Shown here: positions 9,460 through 19,545 of the stretch, in pieces | Layout: each line of letters begins with the position of its first letter | Position numbering within the stretch: position 1 is the stretch's first letter | Assembly: GCF_028368995.1 (NCBI RefSeq) | Contig: NZ_JAQNDL010000001.1 | Coordinates: 1,120,001 to 1,184,000, forward strand | Source of the DNA: Nannocystis bainbridge | Lineage (GTDB): Bacteria; Myxococcota_A; Polyangia; Nannocystales; Nannocystaceae | DNA: 64,000 bases | Direction: 5' to 3' | The notes under the pieces: generated by a model | Told to the model about the DNA's origin: nothing | The model's database searches: none | The model's input: only the letters and a program-made list of their open reading frames with translations | Program-made: the position numbers and the translations under genes

Positions 9460-12400
9460 TCAAGCGACGGTGTCGGCGGGACCCCGTAGGTCCCGGAGGA
9501 AGGTAGCTAGCAAGTCGTCAGCTGCGAGCCCGCCGGCCCCGCTCAAAGGGACGAGCTTCGCTCCATGGCGGCCGTAGAAGCCGTCAATCCCAGGCGCTGG
9601 AACATACGGCTCCCGCAGCGGCTGGTAATGGCCGTCAGCCAGGAACAGGGCGCCGGAGCGGTGACGGAAGATCGTCGCTGCCAGTTCGCATGCGTCGACG
9701 CGCCAAATCTGCACCCACGCGCCTGAACCACAGGCAAGGTGGCGGGCGTCGGGCGAGAAGACCACGGGTCCTTGATCGAGGCCGGTGGACAACGCACCGA
9801 GGAGCTCGCCGTCGCTACGCCGGCGGAGCTCGAGCACACCCCAAGCGGAAACGGCGAAAAGATCGCGGGCGGCGGAGAACGCGCAATGGGTCGCGCCCTT
9901 CGCTCCCTCGTGCTGCCAAACGCACGGGAGGTCCTCGGGGGCGAGGTCGTGTCGGCTATCGACCAACTGTGCGCGCACTCTCCCGCAGAGCGCAGCGAGA
10001 TCAGGGCGGACGACCGCCCCGCTGTGCGCGTCGATGCCGACGAGGTCCTCCGCGTCTGGCGCAGCGCAGACCCTGGTGTGGAGCTCGACCCTGAGCAGAG
10101 CCCGGCGGGGGGCGTCGAACAGGATCAGTGAGCCAGGGTGACCGCCGAATACCCACATCCCGTCGCCGTTCAGGACGATGAACGCGCCGCCGTCCGGCGC
10201 GAGGAAGTGCAGCCGATGCCTGCCTGTCCGGGTGCACCAGATGTCAGTCCGCGTTTCGTTCAGACGGTGCGGCTGCTGGATCAGCACATGTTCGCCGTCC
10301 GGTGTGAACCACCAACGCGACTCGCCGTCGTACTCGGCCCGGACGGGTGGCATCGGTACCTCGTCGAGGACGATCAGCCGCTTCTGTTCGTCGCACTCAA
10401 TGACGAACACACCGTCGCGTCGGTACACGCGCTGTCGCGCGGCCGCGTCTTCCCCTGGGTTGTGGTCGCACGGGTCGTGTTCGACCTGGCGATAACGGGA
10501 AATGCGGGTGCCGGCCTCGAGATCTAGCTCCTCGATGAATTGCCGACTCCGCAGAAGCAAGCCCCGGGACGTCCATTCAATGTGCTGCGGTGATTGCTCA
10601 GCGGGGAGAGGGTATTGGGGCGAGTGCGAACAGGTGGTGTCGAGGTCGAGCACCCGGACGCCGCCTTGGAGGACGAGGGCAAGCCGACGGCCGCGCGGCG
10701 AGACGAGCAGGGCTTCGGCGCGCGTGGCGAACGGGAGGGGGAAAGAACGCAGGGCGAACTCTCCAGTATCAATGCAGACGACTGTGCCGAGGGAATGCCC
10801 CGACAGGAACAGGAACAGCGAGCCGTCGTGGGACCAGCCAGTGCGGGGGAGGTCGCCGAACGGGTGGGCCCGGAAGCGAGGACTCAGGAGCTCGCGCGCC
10901 GGCGTCGTGGTCGGCTCGTCGATGGCGCGGAGCATTACTTTGTGGTCGGTGACGACGATCAGCGAGCGGCCGCTTGGCGCGAGCGAGGTCAGCCCGAGGA
11001 CGCCGCCGGCGTGTTCGGCCGTGAGCCGCTGCGAGGCGCGGTCATAAACCGTGAGCCGCGGTTGACGATGGGGAAGAGTCGGGGGGATTGAGCCGGCGAC
11101 GGTGACGAGCGCGCGGCCCCCGTCGACCAACCGTCCCTCGAAGCAGCGCGGCACCCAGGCCAGGACCTCCAGGAGGATGCCGTCGGCGGGGCACCAGCGG
11201 CGTGGGTGCTCGGAGAATGTCCACAGGGTGTCACTGTCCTCCCACCACAGCCCGGTAATCGGCGGAGCCGGATGCGTCAGCGCGACGGACCGGGACAGAT
11301 CGGTCAGGCTCCACACGGAGACGACCGGGTCGTCGCCAGCGACCGCGAGCCTATCGCCCATGGGCGAGAAGGACAGGGCTCGGACGGACGAAGACTGATC
11401 GCGCCAGCGCATCATGCAACGCAACGGCCCGACGGACCATACCTCGACGAGGCCGCTCGCGTACCCGACCGCAAGCCTGTGACCGTCGGGTGACCAGGCG
11501 AGCGCCGATACCTGGCGCTGGGGCGGCGGGGCGAGCGTGAGCTCGTCGTAAGCGATCGCGCTCGCGTCGGTGTGTTCGGACGCCCAGGCGACGTCGACTA
11601 TGCGAAGGCCCTCGGTAACGGCGCCCTCGAGATCGGGCGCCGTGGTGGCCGCACGGGTGCGGCTGAGGTCGGCGCCGCGGAGATCGGTGGCGCGGAACAC
11701 GACGCGATCGAGCTCCGCGCCGGAGAAGTCGGCGTCCACGGCGACGGCGTCGGTGAAGTCGGCACCGGTGAGGTCGCAGTCGTGTAGGTCGGCGCCACTG
11801 AGATCGGCGCCACAGAACAAGCTGTTGCGCAGGTAACAGCCGCACAGACGGGCGCCCGTGAGGTCGGCGTGGTGTAGGCGCAGGCAATCGATATGGACCG
11901 CGCGTAGATCGGCCCCGGGTAGCTTCCAGGGTCGCTCGCGCGTCGACCCGATGCTCGGGTCGGCGGCGACGAGCAAGAGCGCATTCGCGGCCTGAGTCGG
12001 CGACAGGCCGGTGCATAGGAGGTCGACCAAGCGCGCCTGCGCCTGCGGCCAGGCGCTGAGCCGCACGGCGTGGTGGACTGCATGGTTATAGAGCGGGAGA
12101 ATCTCGAGAACCGCGGCGTCGCCCCCAACCAGTGCGCGGACGATATGCCGGGCGAGCAGGTACTCGGCCGCGGGGTCCCAGGCGAGCGTGTAGAATGTGG
12201 GTGGCCCAGGCGAGACGAACGGGTCGTCGCGGATCAGGCTGCCACGCATGGCGAGCTGCATGGAAAGCCAATCATGCACCTCGCTCGCGTCGCCGGGCTG
12301 CGGGCTGGCCTGGGCTGAAGCGACCAGGGACTGCGTCAACGTCGCCAGCCCGTCCAGGCGCGGCCAATAACCCTCCTGGCTGCTCCGTTCTGCGTGCGTA

Positions 12401-15087
12401 CGGACAAATCGCTCGATAGGGACCCAGCCCGCCGAATGCGTGCTCGTGCGCGGGAACGGGGTCCACATCGCAAACGCGAGGTGCTCGAGCGAGCGGATGA
12501 ACGCCTCCGGTGCCACCGGGTCGATCAGGCGCGCGTGACGATCGAGGTAGAATTCGAGCGCCTCGGCCGGCGGCTCGGGCGATTCGCCCTGCGGAAGCGC
12601 GATGAAGCCGCGCGGAGTGCCAGCCGCCGGCCTGTCCTTCGGCCCGTATTGGCGGATCAGCACGGCCTGCTCATGCTTGCCGGCGGGGAGTAGCTCGATC
12701 ACAGTCGCGCCGGCGAGGGTCTCCTGCCGGCAGGTCACGAGCATGATGCGGCTCGCGTCGCTCACGTGCGGCGCGAGCCGCATGCGCGTGCCCCGGAGCG
12801 CACGGTGGTCGAGTCCGTCGAGCACGAGCAGGCAGTTGCCCGATCGAACAGCTAGCCGCACGGCGGCCCGCTCCACGGGATCGAGGTCGGCGAGGAGGTC
12901 GTGGAAACCTAACTCGGAGGACCGCGCGCAGTCGTGATAGAAGACCGGAGCGCCATCGCTGATCAGCGCCTGTTGAGCCAGGCGCGCCAGCCAAGCGCGC
13001 ACGAGGGTGGTCCGGCCGTCGAACAGCCGGCCGCGAAGGACGGCGGTCTCACCCCCGTGCGTGTGCCAGCGGTCGAGCGCCGCGAGCCCGGACATGTCTT
13101 CGCCAGACATGTGACAGGCGGGATCCACGAACCGGAGCCCGACCGGGCTGTAGACGAAGTCGGACAGCTCGCGCAGCCGTGGCGCGAGAGCAGCGAGTTG
13201 CTGGATCGCACGGTCGAGAGGCACGACGTCGTGGTCGAGGATGCGGGTGATCTGCGAGCCCTCGCCGCTCAGCAGCACGACCGGAAGCAGGTGACAAGCG
13301 ACGGTGCGGGCCTCGCGGAGGTCGCTCGCGTCCGGGAGCACCGGGGTGACGAAGACGACGTGGTGCGGCGGCACGACGAGGACGGGGACGCCGCCTGGAG
13401 ACCATCCAACCCATGCCGGGCAGGAACGCCGTAGCGCAAGGAAGGTGGCAGCGATCTCGAGGTCGTCGCGCGAGCCGACCAACGCGCCCAGGTCGCGCTC
13501 CGGCGCCTCAGAGTTTGCTGTGGTCGCGCGAGCCGTCAGCAGCGCGCGCGCCGGCCACAACCGGAAGCCGCGCCGTTCGAGGTTCGTGGGTGGCGGCCTC
13601 TCGGCCGCCCAGGCGTCGACCTCGCCGTTGGCGTCGATCGCCGGGCGCGACAGGGTTGGCGCGGGCTCCTCAAAGAGTGTCGATGTCACGGCGGCAGCAA
13701 TGCGATCGTTCGGGTCGGGCTCGAGCGTCCAGCGGCGCTGTGAGCACGCGTGCTGGAGCTCGTCGCGGGCACGCTCGATCGCCATGCGCTCGTCCGCGTC
13801 CACTCCGACACGATCGACGAACCGGCGCAGCGTGTGGAGCACGCCGAGTGCCAGCTGGCGCTCCATGTCGTCCGCAGACGAGACCGTGTCCGGGAGCCAG
13901 ACATCGCGCGCCAGCATGCGCAACCGGGCAAGTCCATGCTCCCCCTGCGCGCCCTTGGCGAGGATCCGCCAGCGCTGGGCGACCTGCGGGACTGTAGTGT
14001 AGCGCTTGCAAGCGAGGGCGAGCTCGGCCTGCTGGCGCTCGCGCTCGTCATGGAAGGCGAACACGTTGGGGGTCGCCAGTAGCGACCGGGCGACACTCGC
14101 AAGCTGGCGATCGCCGGCCTCCGGCAGGATTAGCGAGTACGTGACGAGCTCGCTCGGGACATGGCTGAGGTAGGTGTTCGGACGAGTCGCGGCGGGATGC
14201 TCGAGGGACAGGTCGACGACGCACACTGCCTCAGTCTCGGCCGGCATCGGGCTGAGCCGGCTCCCGGGTAGCAGCGAGCGGCCGTCGCCAGCGCCGAAGC
14301 AGAACACGTTAGTTCCGCCGAGGCTGGCGTGGTTGGCGTACGCGACCGGCCGGTGGAAATGGCGGTAGATGTCGTCGGCGTTGTGGGCGAACAGCGGGGC
14401 GGTGTCCTTCGAGGTATACGAGGGGACGGCAATCAGGTCGCAGTCGTACAGCTTCTGGTGCTTCTCTGCCGCTGCGTCGTCGCGGTGGCGGAGGAAGTCG
14501 ATGCAGATCGCTACGCCGACCGTCATGCTGTCGCCTCCGCGCAAGGGAACCACACACGGGCGAATTTCTGAGCCCGTGTCGAGCACGGTCTCCCACTGAC
14601 TCCGCCACAGCTTGTCTTGGTATTGGACGTGGCCTTGGGGCTTGATGAATGGAGCGATCGCGCGGTTGGTCGGGGGTACGTCGGCGAAGCACTCGCGGTA
14701 AGCTGGGTCGCGCAGCAACTGTGCCGTGACGAGGTGGGTGCCGGCAACCAGTGTGCATCTGGCCGCTTGCGCCAGAGTCACAAGCCGCGGCATCAATTGC
14801 CCAGGGATGACGTACTCGGAGAAGACGATGAGGTCGACGTCCAAGGCACCGCAGAACTCGACGACGGCTTTGAGCTTGGGGAGGAGCGCGTCGCAGTAGG
14901 CGCGCGTCACGTCGCGCTGCAGACGGGCGAGAGGCCCGAGCAGCGTCGAGTCTGGCGACAGCCGCTCGCACATCTCGCCGAGGATGCAGCGGTCGATTGG
15001 TTCACTCAGGAAGTCGTGCCCGGGGGCCTCGAACGCCAGACGACCCGCGAGTTGGACGACAGCGACTCGCGCCTTCCGTTCACGCAT
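9460..15087 (-). CDS. NLR-like protein: nitrilase (C-N hydrolase) + NACHT-like NTPase + pentapeptide repeats + WD40 repeats
   Basis: VAVVQL..VDLIVFSEY (E), YQDKL (K), VAICIDFL (C) triad; GRLFDGRTT and LLVLDGLDH Walker-like motifs; ADLSGADL repeats; LAWSPDGHRLAVG and LSFSPMGDRLAVAG WD40 repeats; start ATG 15087 (ORF extends to 15168). Confidence 0.85.
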   Translation of the reverse strand: MRERKARVAVVQLAGRLAFEAPGHDFLSEPIDRCILGEMCERLSPDSTLLGPLARLQRDVTRAYCDALLPKLKAVVEFCGALDVDLIVFSEYVIPGQLMPRLVTLAQAARCTLVAGTHLVTAQLLRDPAYRECFADVPPTNRAIAPFIKPQGHVQYQDKLWRSQWETVLDTGSEIRPCVVPLRGGDSMTVGVAICIDFLRHRDDAAAEKHQKLYDCDLIAVPSYTSKDTAPLFAHNADDIYRHFHRPVAYANHASLGGTNVFCFGAGDGRSLLPGSRLSPMPAETEAVCVVDLSLEHPAATRPNTYLSHVPSELVTYSLILPEAGDRQLASVARSLLATPNVFAFHDERERQQAELALACKRYTTVPQVAQRWRILAKGAQGEHGLARLRMLARDVWLPDTVSSADDMERQLALGVLHTLRRFVDRVGVDADERMAIERARDELQHACSQRRWTLEPDPNDRIAAAVTSTLFEEPAPTLSRPAIDANGEVDAWAAERPPPTNLERRGFRLWPARALLTARATTANSEAPERDLGALVGSRDDLEIAATFLALRRSCPAWVGWSPGGVPVLVVPPHHVVFVTPVLPDASDLREARTVACHLLPVVLLSGEGSQITRILDHDVVPLDRAIQQLAALAPRLRELSDFVYSPVGLRFVDPACHMSGEDMSGLAALDRWHTHGGETAVLRGRLFDGRTTLVRAWLARLAQQALISDGAPVFYHDCARSSELGFHDLLADLDPVERAAVRLAVRSGNCLLVLDGLDHRALRGTRMRLAPHVSDASRIMLVTCRQETLAGATVIELLPAGKHEQAVLIRQYGPKDRPAAGTPRGFIALPQGESPEPPAEALEFYLDRHARLIDPVAPEAFIRSLEHLAFAMWTPFPRTSTHSAGWVPIERFVRTHAERSSQEGYWPRLDGLATLTQSLVASAQASPQPGDASEVHDWLSMQLAMRGSLIRDDPFVSPGPPTFYTLAWDPAAEYLLARHIVRALVGGDAAVLEILPLYNHAVHHAVRLSAWPQAQARLVDLLCTGLSPTQAANALLLVAADPSIGSTRERPWKLPGADLRAVHIDCLRLHHADLTGARLCGCYLRNSLFCGADLSGADLHDCDLTGADFTDAVAVDADFSGAELDRVVFRATDLRGADLSRTRAATTAPDLEGAVTEGLRIVDVAWASEHTDASAIAYDELTLAPPPQRQVSALAWSPDGHRLAVGYASGLVEVWSVGPLRCMMRWRDQSSSVRALSFSPMGDRLAVAGDDPVVSVWSLTDLSRSVALTHPAPPITGLWWEDSDTLWTFSEHPRRWCPADGILLEVLAWVPRCFEGRLVDGGRALVTVAGSIPPTLPHRQPRLTVYDRASQRLTAEHAGGVLGLTSLAPSGRSLIVVTDHKVMLRAIDEPTTTPARELLSPRFRAHPFGDLPRTGWSHDGSLFLFLSGHSLGTVVCIDTGEFALRSFPLPFATRAEALLVSPRGRRLALVLQGGVRVLDLDTTCSHSPQYPLPAEQSPQHIEWTSRGLLLRSRQFIEELDLEAGTRISRYRQVEHDPCDHNPGEDAAARQRVYRRDGVFVIECDEQKRLIVLDEVPMPPVRAEYDGESRWWFTPDGEHVLIQQPHRLNETRTDIWCTRTGRHRLHFLAPDGGAFIVLNGDGMWVFGGHPGSLILFDAPRRALLRVELHTRVCAAPDAEDLVGIDAHSGAVVRPDLAALCGRVRAQLVDSRHDLAPEDLPCVWQHEGAKGATHCAFSAARDLFAVSAWGVLELRRRSDGELLGALSTGLDQGPVVFSPDARHLACGSGAWVQIWRVDACELAATIFRHRSGALFLADGHYQPLREPYVPAPGIDGFYGRHGAKLVPLSGAGGLAADDLLATFLRDLRGPADTVA

Positions 15088-15292
15088 GGCTAGCACGGTA
15101 ACACGATGCCGCGCCTGCGACCTAGGCTCCATCCCCTGGGAAGGAACCCTTGTACCGCCTGTCGCCACGTCGGGTCTTTCGTCACACCTCTCCGCCGGCG
15201 AGCTTCCAGCTCATGAAGCGGCCAAGATCGGTCTCTTGGGCTACGTAAGGGGTCCGGACGGATACAGTTTCTTCCTCGGGTCTGAAGGTCTG

Positions 15293-16181
15293 TTAGCGGG
15301 CCGACCGGGCGCAGCGGATGCCGTACTTGAAGTCGCTGCTCGTCGGTTCGCCGGCATTGCGCGCCGAGACGCGCTCCCAGCCGAGCATCGGCAGGTAATA
15401 GTCGACGCCGCGGATCGCTCGTTTGCGGCCGAGCGGCGCGCCGGTCGGGTTGCGCTGCACCGAGGGCGAGTAGCCGCGGATGTTGGCGAGGCGGTCCTCC
15501 TCGACCCAGTCGTGGACGTGTTCGGCGAGGTTGCCGATCATGTCGAGCGCGCCGTACGGGGAGGCGCCCGCGGGGTAGGCCGACCGGCGCGAGTCCCTCG
15601 TGCCCGTCGTCCCACGCGACGGGCGGGAACTTCGGCCAGGCCGGAGAGCAGCGCGCGTCGCAGAGGTTGGCGTGGGTCGGGCCCGGCGGGTCGTTGCCCC
15701 ACGGGTAGATGCGGGCGTCGGTGCCGCGCGCGGCCTTCTCCCACTCGGCTTCGCTCGGCAGCCGCCTGCCGGCCCATGCGCAATATGCGGCTGCGTCGAG
15801 CCACCGAACGCAATTGATCGGGAGATCGGGGCGATCGGTCTTGCCCCACAAGCAGTATTCATGGGTCATGTGCTCGGTCCTGCAGGCGCCGTCGGCAACG
15901 CAGCGGCGGTAGTCGGCGAGCGTCACCTCGAGTCTGTCAATGTCGAAAGTGTCGAGCCAGACCTCATGCTGCGGTCGCTCGGCGTCTCGGCAGGCGGCGT
16001 CGTGGGAGGCGCAGCCCATCATGAACGCGCCCTCGGGGACGCGGACCATCCCCGCCGGGATCGCGGGCGGAGGGGCGGGAACAGACGGAGGGACGGGAGC
16101 GGACGGTTCGGCGACGTCCGGACGCGGTGGGACGGCGGTGCAGGCCGAGAGCAACGAGACGAGCCACGGAAGAGTGCGCAC
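15293..16181 (-). pseudogene. FGE-sulfatase (SUMF1) domain lipoprotein, frameshifted near 15580 (may be a sequencing error)
   Basis: Lipobox LSAC, FMMGC..ERPQHEV, RRLPSEAEWEKAARG..YPWG in one frame; YPAGASPYGALDMIGNLAEHV..YGIRCA in another. Confidence 0.85.
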
Positions 16182-16509
16182 AACGGGGAGTGTAGAATAG
16201 TTTGTCGTCAGTTGGGCGTCGCGCAGGCGGGGGCGTCGGCGGCGAGTATGGCGGCAAGCTCGAGGGCGGCCCGCGCCCGCCTCAGCGCCCGGTCGGAAGG
16301 ACCTGTGCCGTTGTTCCAGGCGCGGAGAGCCAGCGGCGGGCCGGGGCCGGCTCGCCGGCTACCTTCGTTGCCGCACGACATGCGGTGCAGCTACACACGC
16401 TCGCCCTCGCGGCACAGCAGGTTGCTGTGCCTCGTCCCATCCTTGCCCAAGAGCCGCGCCCTCAAGCTCGCCCCCGCCATTCGGTAGCAGGCATTCGAGT
16501 AACCATCGA

Positions 16510-16762
16510 GAAGAGCGGCCACGGGAGGCAATCGAGTAGGCTGGACGAGAGCGCGTCGAGGTCGTTGGGCACCGATACGACGAGTCCGCAACGGTATAGT
16601 CCCCTTGAAATTCTTGCTGCACCGATGACATCGTGTGCGAGCGGCAGGAGCGCCGTCCACAAGCGCGGCAACGGGGAGCAATCGAGCAGACCGGGCGAGA
16701 GCGTGTCGAGCACCGATGCGACGAGTCCGCAACATTTAGTCCCGTCGAAATTCTTGCTGCAC
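16510..16762. repeat. Two imperfect non-coding direct repeats of about 100 bp
   Basis: Copies ~16510-16622 and ~16661-16762 share GCAATCGAG, GAGAGCG.GTCGAG, CACCGAT.CGACGAGTCCGCAAC and GAAATTCTTGCTGCAC. Confidence 0.8.
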
Positions 16763-16779
16763 GTGGGGCGGTGCTTTTC

Positions 16780-18355
16780 GAGATTTAAGAGCCTCCGAGG
16801 GTGGAGCTCGGGGCGGGATCGGGCGAATAAGCGGAGGCATGGATCCGATGGCGACTCAAGCACGAGAGCCCGACCCCGAGACCGCCGAGAAGGCGACCGG
16901 CCGCAGCTTCACGGCCGCGTACAAGCGGAAGATCCTCGCCCTGACCGATCACGCCAGGGGCAGATCGGCGCCATCCTGCGGCGGGAGGGCCTGTACAGTT
17001 CGTTGCTGTCGACCTGGAGGCGACAGCGGGACGAGGGTACGCTGGGGGCGTTGAAGCCGAAGAAGCGCGGACCGAAGCCGAAGCAGGACCGGGAGATGGA
17101 GCGCTTGCGCCGCAAGGTGGCGCAGCTCGAGCAGAAGCTCGAGACGGCGGAGCTGATCATCGACGTCCAAAAAAAAGTCTCGCAATTGCTCGGGATCCCG
17201 CTAGCGACGCTCGAGCCGTCCGAGAAGCTCTGATCGCGCAGGCGGGCGAGCTGTCCGAGAGGACAGGTCTTCCACGGGCATGCGAGGCGCTCGGGGTCTC
17301 GCGGGCGACGGTGTACCGCCGTCGCCACCCCGCGCCGGCGAGGCCGCCCAGGCCACGGCGGTCTCCGCGGGCGCTGAGCCCGGACGAGCGCCAGGAGGCG
17401 CTGGCGCTTCTGCACAGTGAGCGCTTCATCGACAAGGTGCCCGAGGTGATCGTGCCGACCCTGCTCGACGAGCAGCGCTGGGTGTGCAGCGCGCGGACGA
17501 TGTATCGCCTGCTCGCCGCCGAGGGCGAGCTCCGCGAGCGGCGGCGCCAGCGGCGACACCGAGTACAAGCGCCCCGAGCTGCTGGCGACCGCGCCGAACC
17601 AGGTGTGGTCGTGGGACGTGACCTGGCTGCGAGGACCGACGAAGGGCCAATACTACTACCTGTACGTCCTGCTCGACATCTACAGCCGCTGTGTCGTCCG
17701 CGTGACCCTCGCGCGCCGCGAGACCGCCGACATCGCCGCGCGCCTCATTCGCGCCGCCTGCGACAAACAGAACATCCAACCTGACCAATTGACCATCCAC
17801 GCCGATCGCGGCGCCGTCCCGACGTCCCGCGAGCTCGCCGACCTCTACGACGCCCTCGGCGCCCGCCGCTCGCACAGCCGGCCCCACGTCAGAGACGACA
17901 ACCCGTACTCGGAAGCCCACTTCAAGACCCTCAAGTACACCCACGACTACCCCGCCCGCTTCGCCTCCTACGACGACGCCCACGCCTTCTGCGCCCGCTT
18001 CGTCGACGGCTACAACCATCACCACCGTCACTCCGGCATCGCCTTCCTGGCGCCCGCCGACGTGCATTACGGCCGCACCGAGGCCATCCTGTCCGTCAGG
18101 ACTGCCGCCCTCCACGCCGCCTACGAGGCCCACCCGGAGCGCTTCGTCCGCGGACGGTCCACGCCGCGACGACCCCCCTCCGCGGTCTATATCAACCCAC
18201 CGCGCCGCTTCGACAGCGGCCTTCGCGAGTACGACATCCATGTCCTTACGGACAGGTGCATCGCTGCCGAGGCATCCCAGGACTGCCACGCCGGTGGATT
18301 CTCACACTCACTAAACCTGGCCAGCACCGTGTCTCAAAATCATTGACAGGCTCCG
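16780..18355 (+). mobile_element. IS3-family element, degenerate (orfA 16839-17233 and orfB ~17230-18346 both frameshifted)
   Basis: RSFTAAYKRKIL / GAILRREGLYSSLLSTWRRQ (orfA); APNQVWSWDVT, IHADRG, NPYSEAHFKT DDE core; end-like GTGTCTCAAAATCATTGACA at 18329-18348; left end uncertain. Confidence 0.88.
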
Positions 18356-18497
18356 CTTCGAGCTGCACCTCCGCAAGGTCTTCAAGGTCGATGAGGCTCT
18401 GAGCTGGATGCTCGGGACCACCTCCTTGGAGGGAGAGCTACGCGCTCGGGCTCGCCGAAGGGTGCGGGCCGCTTCACTGCGCCGAAGTCGGAGTGAG

Positions 18498-19217
18498 TCA
18501 AAGGAGAAAGTTCCAATCGGGCTCCACTTTTTCAAATGCCCAATCGATCTCGATGGAAGGGTCTAGCTCTCTAAGAGCTTCTAGCGCATCACGTACGTGC
18601 TTTATCGGGTCCATCTTTGTTGCCTGATCGATCGGCTGGACCTTGAAATCTTTCGGATCAAGCTGAGGCCCGATCGTGGACTTATGCGGCTTATCGTGAA
18701 CTAGTCGATCTCGGATTCTGAAAAGGCTAACGATACCATTCATCGCGGTCGTGCCCGGCTTCAGCTTTTTTCCGCATCGAAGCAACGGAAATAGTTGCCA
18801 CTTTGCCGCATTGCTTCTGTCTAATGCATCGAAAAGATCTGTGTCGAGTTGACTGCCATAGTGATTAATGAACGACTCGAGCGTGAGCGCCGAAAAAATC
18901 ACCGCGACGGCAGCAAAGCGTTGTCTCTGCTCGTAGGAAGATTTTCTCATCGAGTCCGGATCCGGGTGGGTTCCGGCCGGCCAGACCATCTCCCTCTCCT
19001 GGACCTTCCCGAGCTGCGAAAAGCTTGCGCGGGCGATACGAAAAAACGTCTCGTACTGGGAAATAGAGAGGGTGATAGCCCAGTCGTTGGGCGCGACCGA
19101 GGTCGCCGGCGACACCGAAGGGCTCTCGGGCGACAGTGGATTCGCCGGCTGCTTTGCAGCTGGAGCGCTGTTGCGATCCTGACGCCGTCCTCTCCGGCTC
19201 TTGGACTCCTTGCCCAT
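18498..19217 (-). CDS. HEPN-like protein (putative RNase/defence)
   Basis: Lower GC than flanks; AVIFSALTLESFINH helix and RDRLVH (Rx4H) motif. Confidence 0.6.
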   Translation of the reverse strand: MGKESKSRRGRRQDRNSAPAAKQPANPLSPESPSVSPATSVAPNDWAITLSISQYETFFRIARASFSQLGKVQEREMVWPAGTHPDPDSMRKSSYEQRQRFAAVAVIFSALTLESFINHYGSQLDTDLFDALDRSNAAKWQLFPLLRCGKKLKPGTTAMNGIVSLFRIRDRLVHDKPHKSTIGPQLDPKDFKVQPIDQATKMDPIKHVRDALEALRELDPSIEIDWAFEKVEPDWNFLL

Positions 19218-19299
19218 GAATCCGAGTTTACTTCAAGACAGGCACTCTTGCGCGCAGGGGATAAGGGGAAACATGCGCACACCACGCAGCCCGCTCCGG

Positions 19300-19545
19300 C
19301 TCCGCGGCCATGTCGAGGCCGACGTGCTCGGGCGAGTGCTCGACGTGTCGGAGGGGCGACGATGATCCCGGCGTCCGTGCGGAATCACTTGCCGCTCAAT
19401 CGGCAGCGCCAGCAGATGGCGCGCGAGGGCCTCGAGATCTCGATCAGCGTGCGTCGACCGAGAAGTGCTCGCTGCTCATCAGACCGGCGGCCTTCGCCTG
19501 GCCCACGACCAGCGCGAAGAACTCGCGGGCGACGCGCGACCTTGG
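19300..19545. mobile_element. Patchwork of IS66 (tnpA end, tnpB start, tnpC piece) and IS5 transposase scraps
   Basis: MIPASVR and NHLPLNRQRQQMAREGLEIS on +; 19440-19535 closely matches 26021-26118 of the IS5 transposase. Confidence 0.75.

Noticed and set aside
16723-16751. dif/Xer-like 11-6-11 site AGTCCGCAACA-TTTAGT-CCCGTCGAAAT
   Set aside because: Only the XerC-like arm partly matches; the TTATG core of the XerD arm is absent and spacing differs in the other copy
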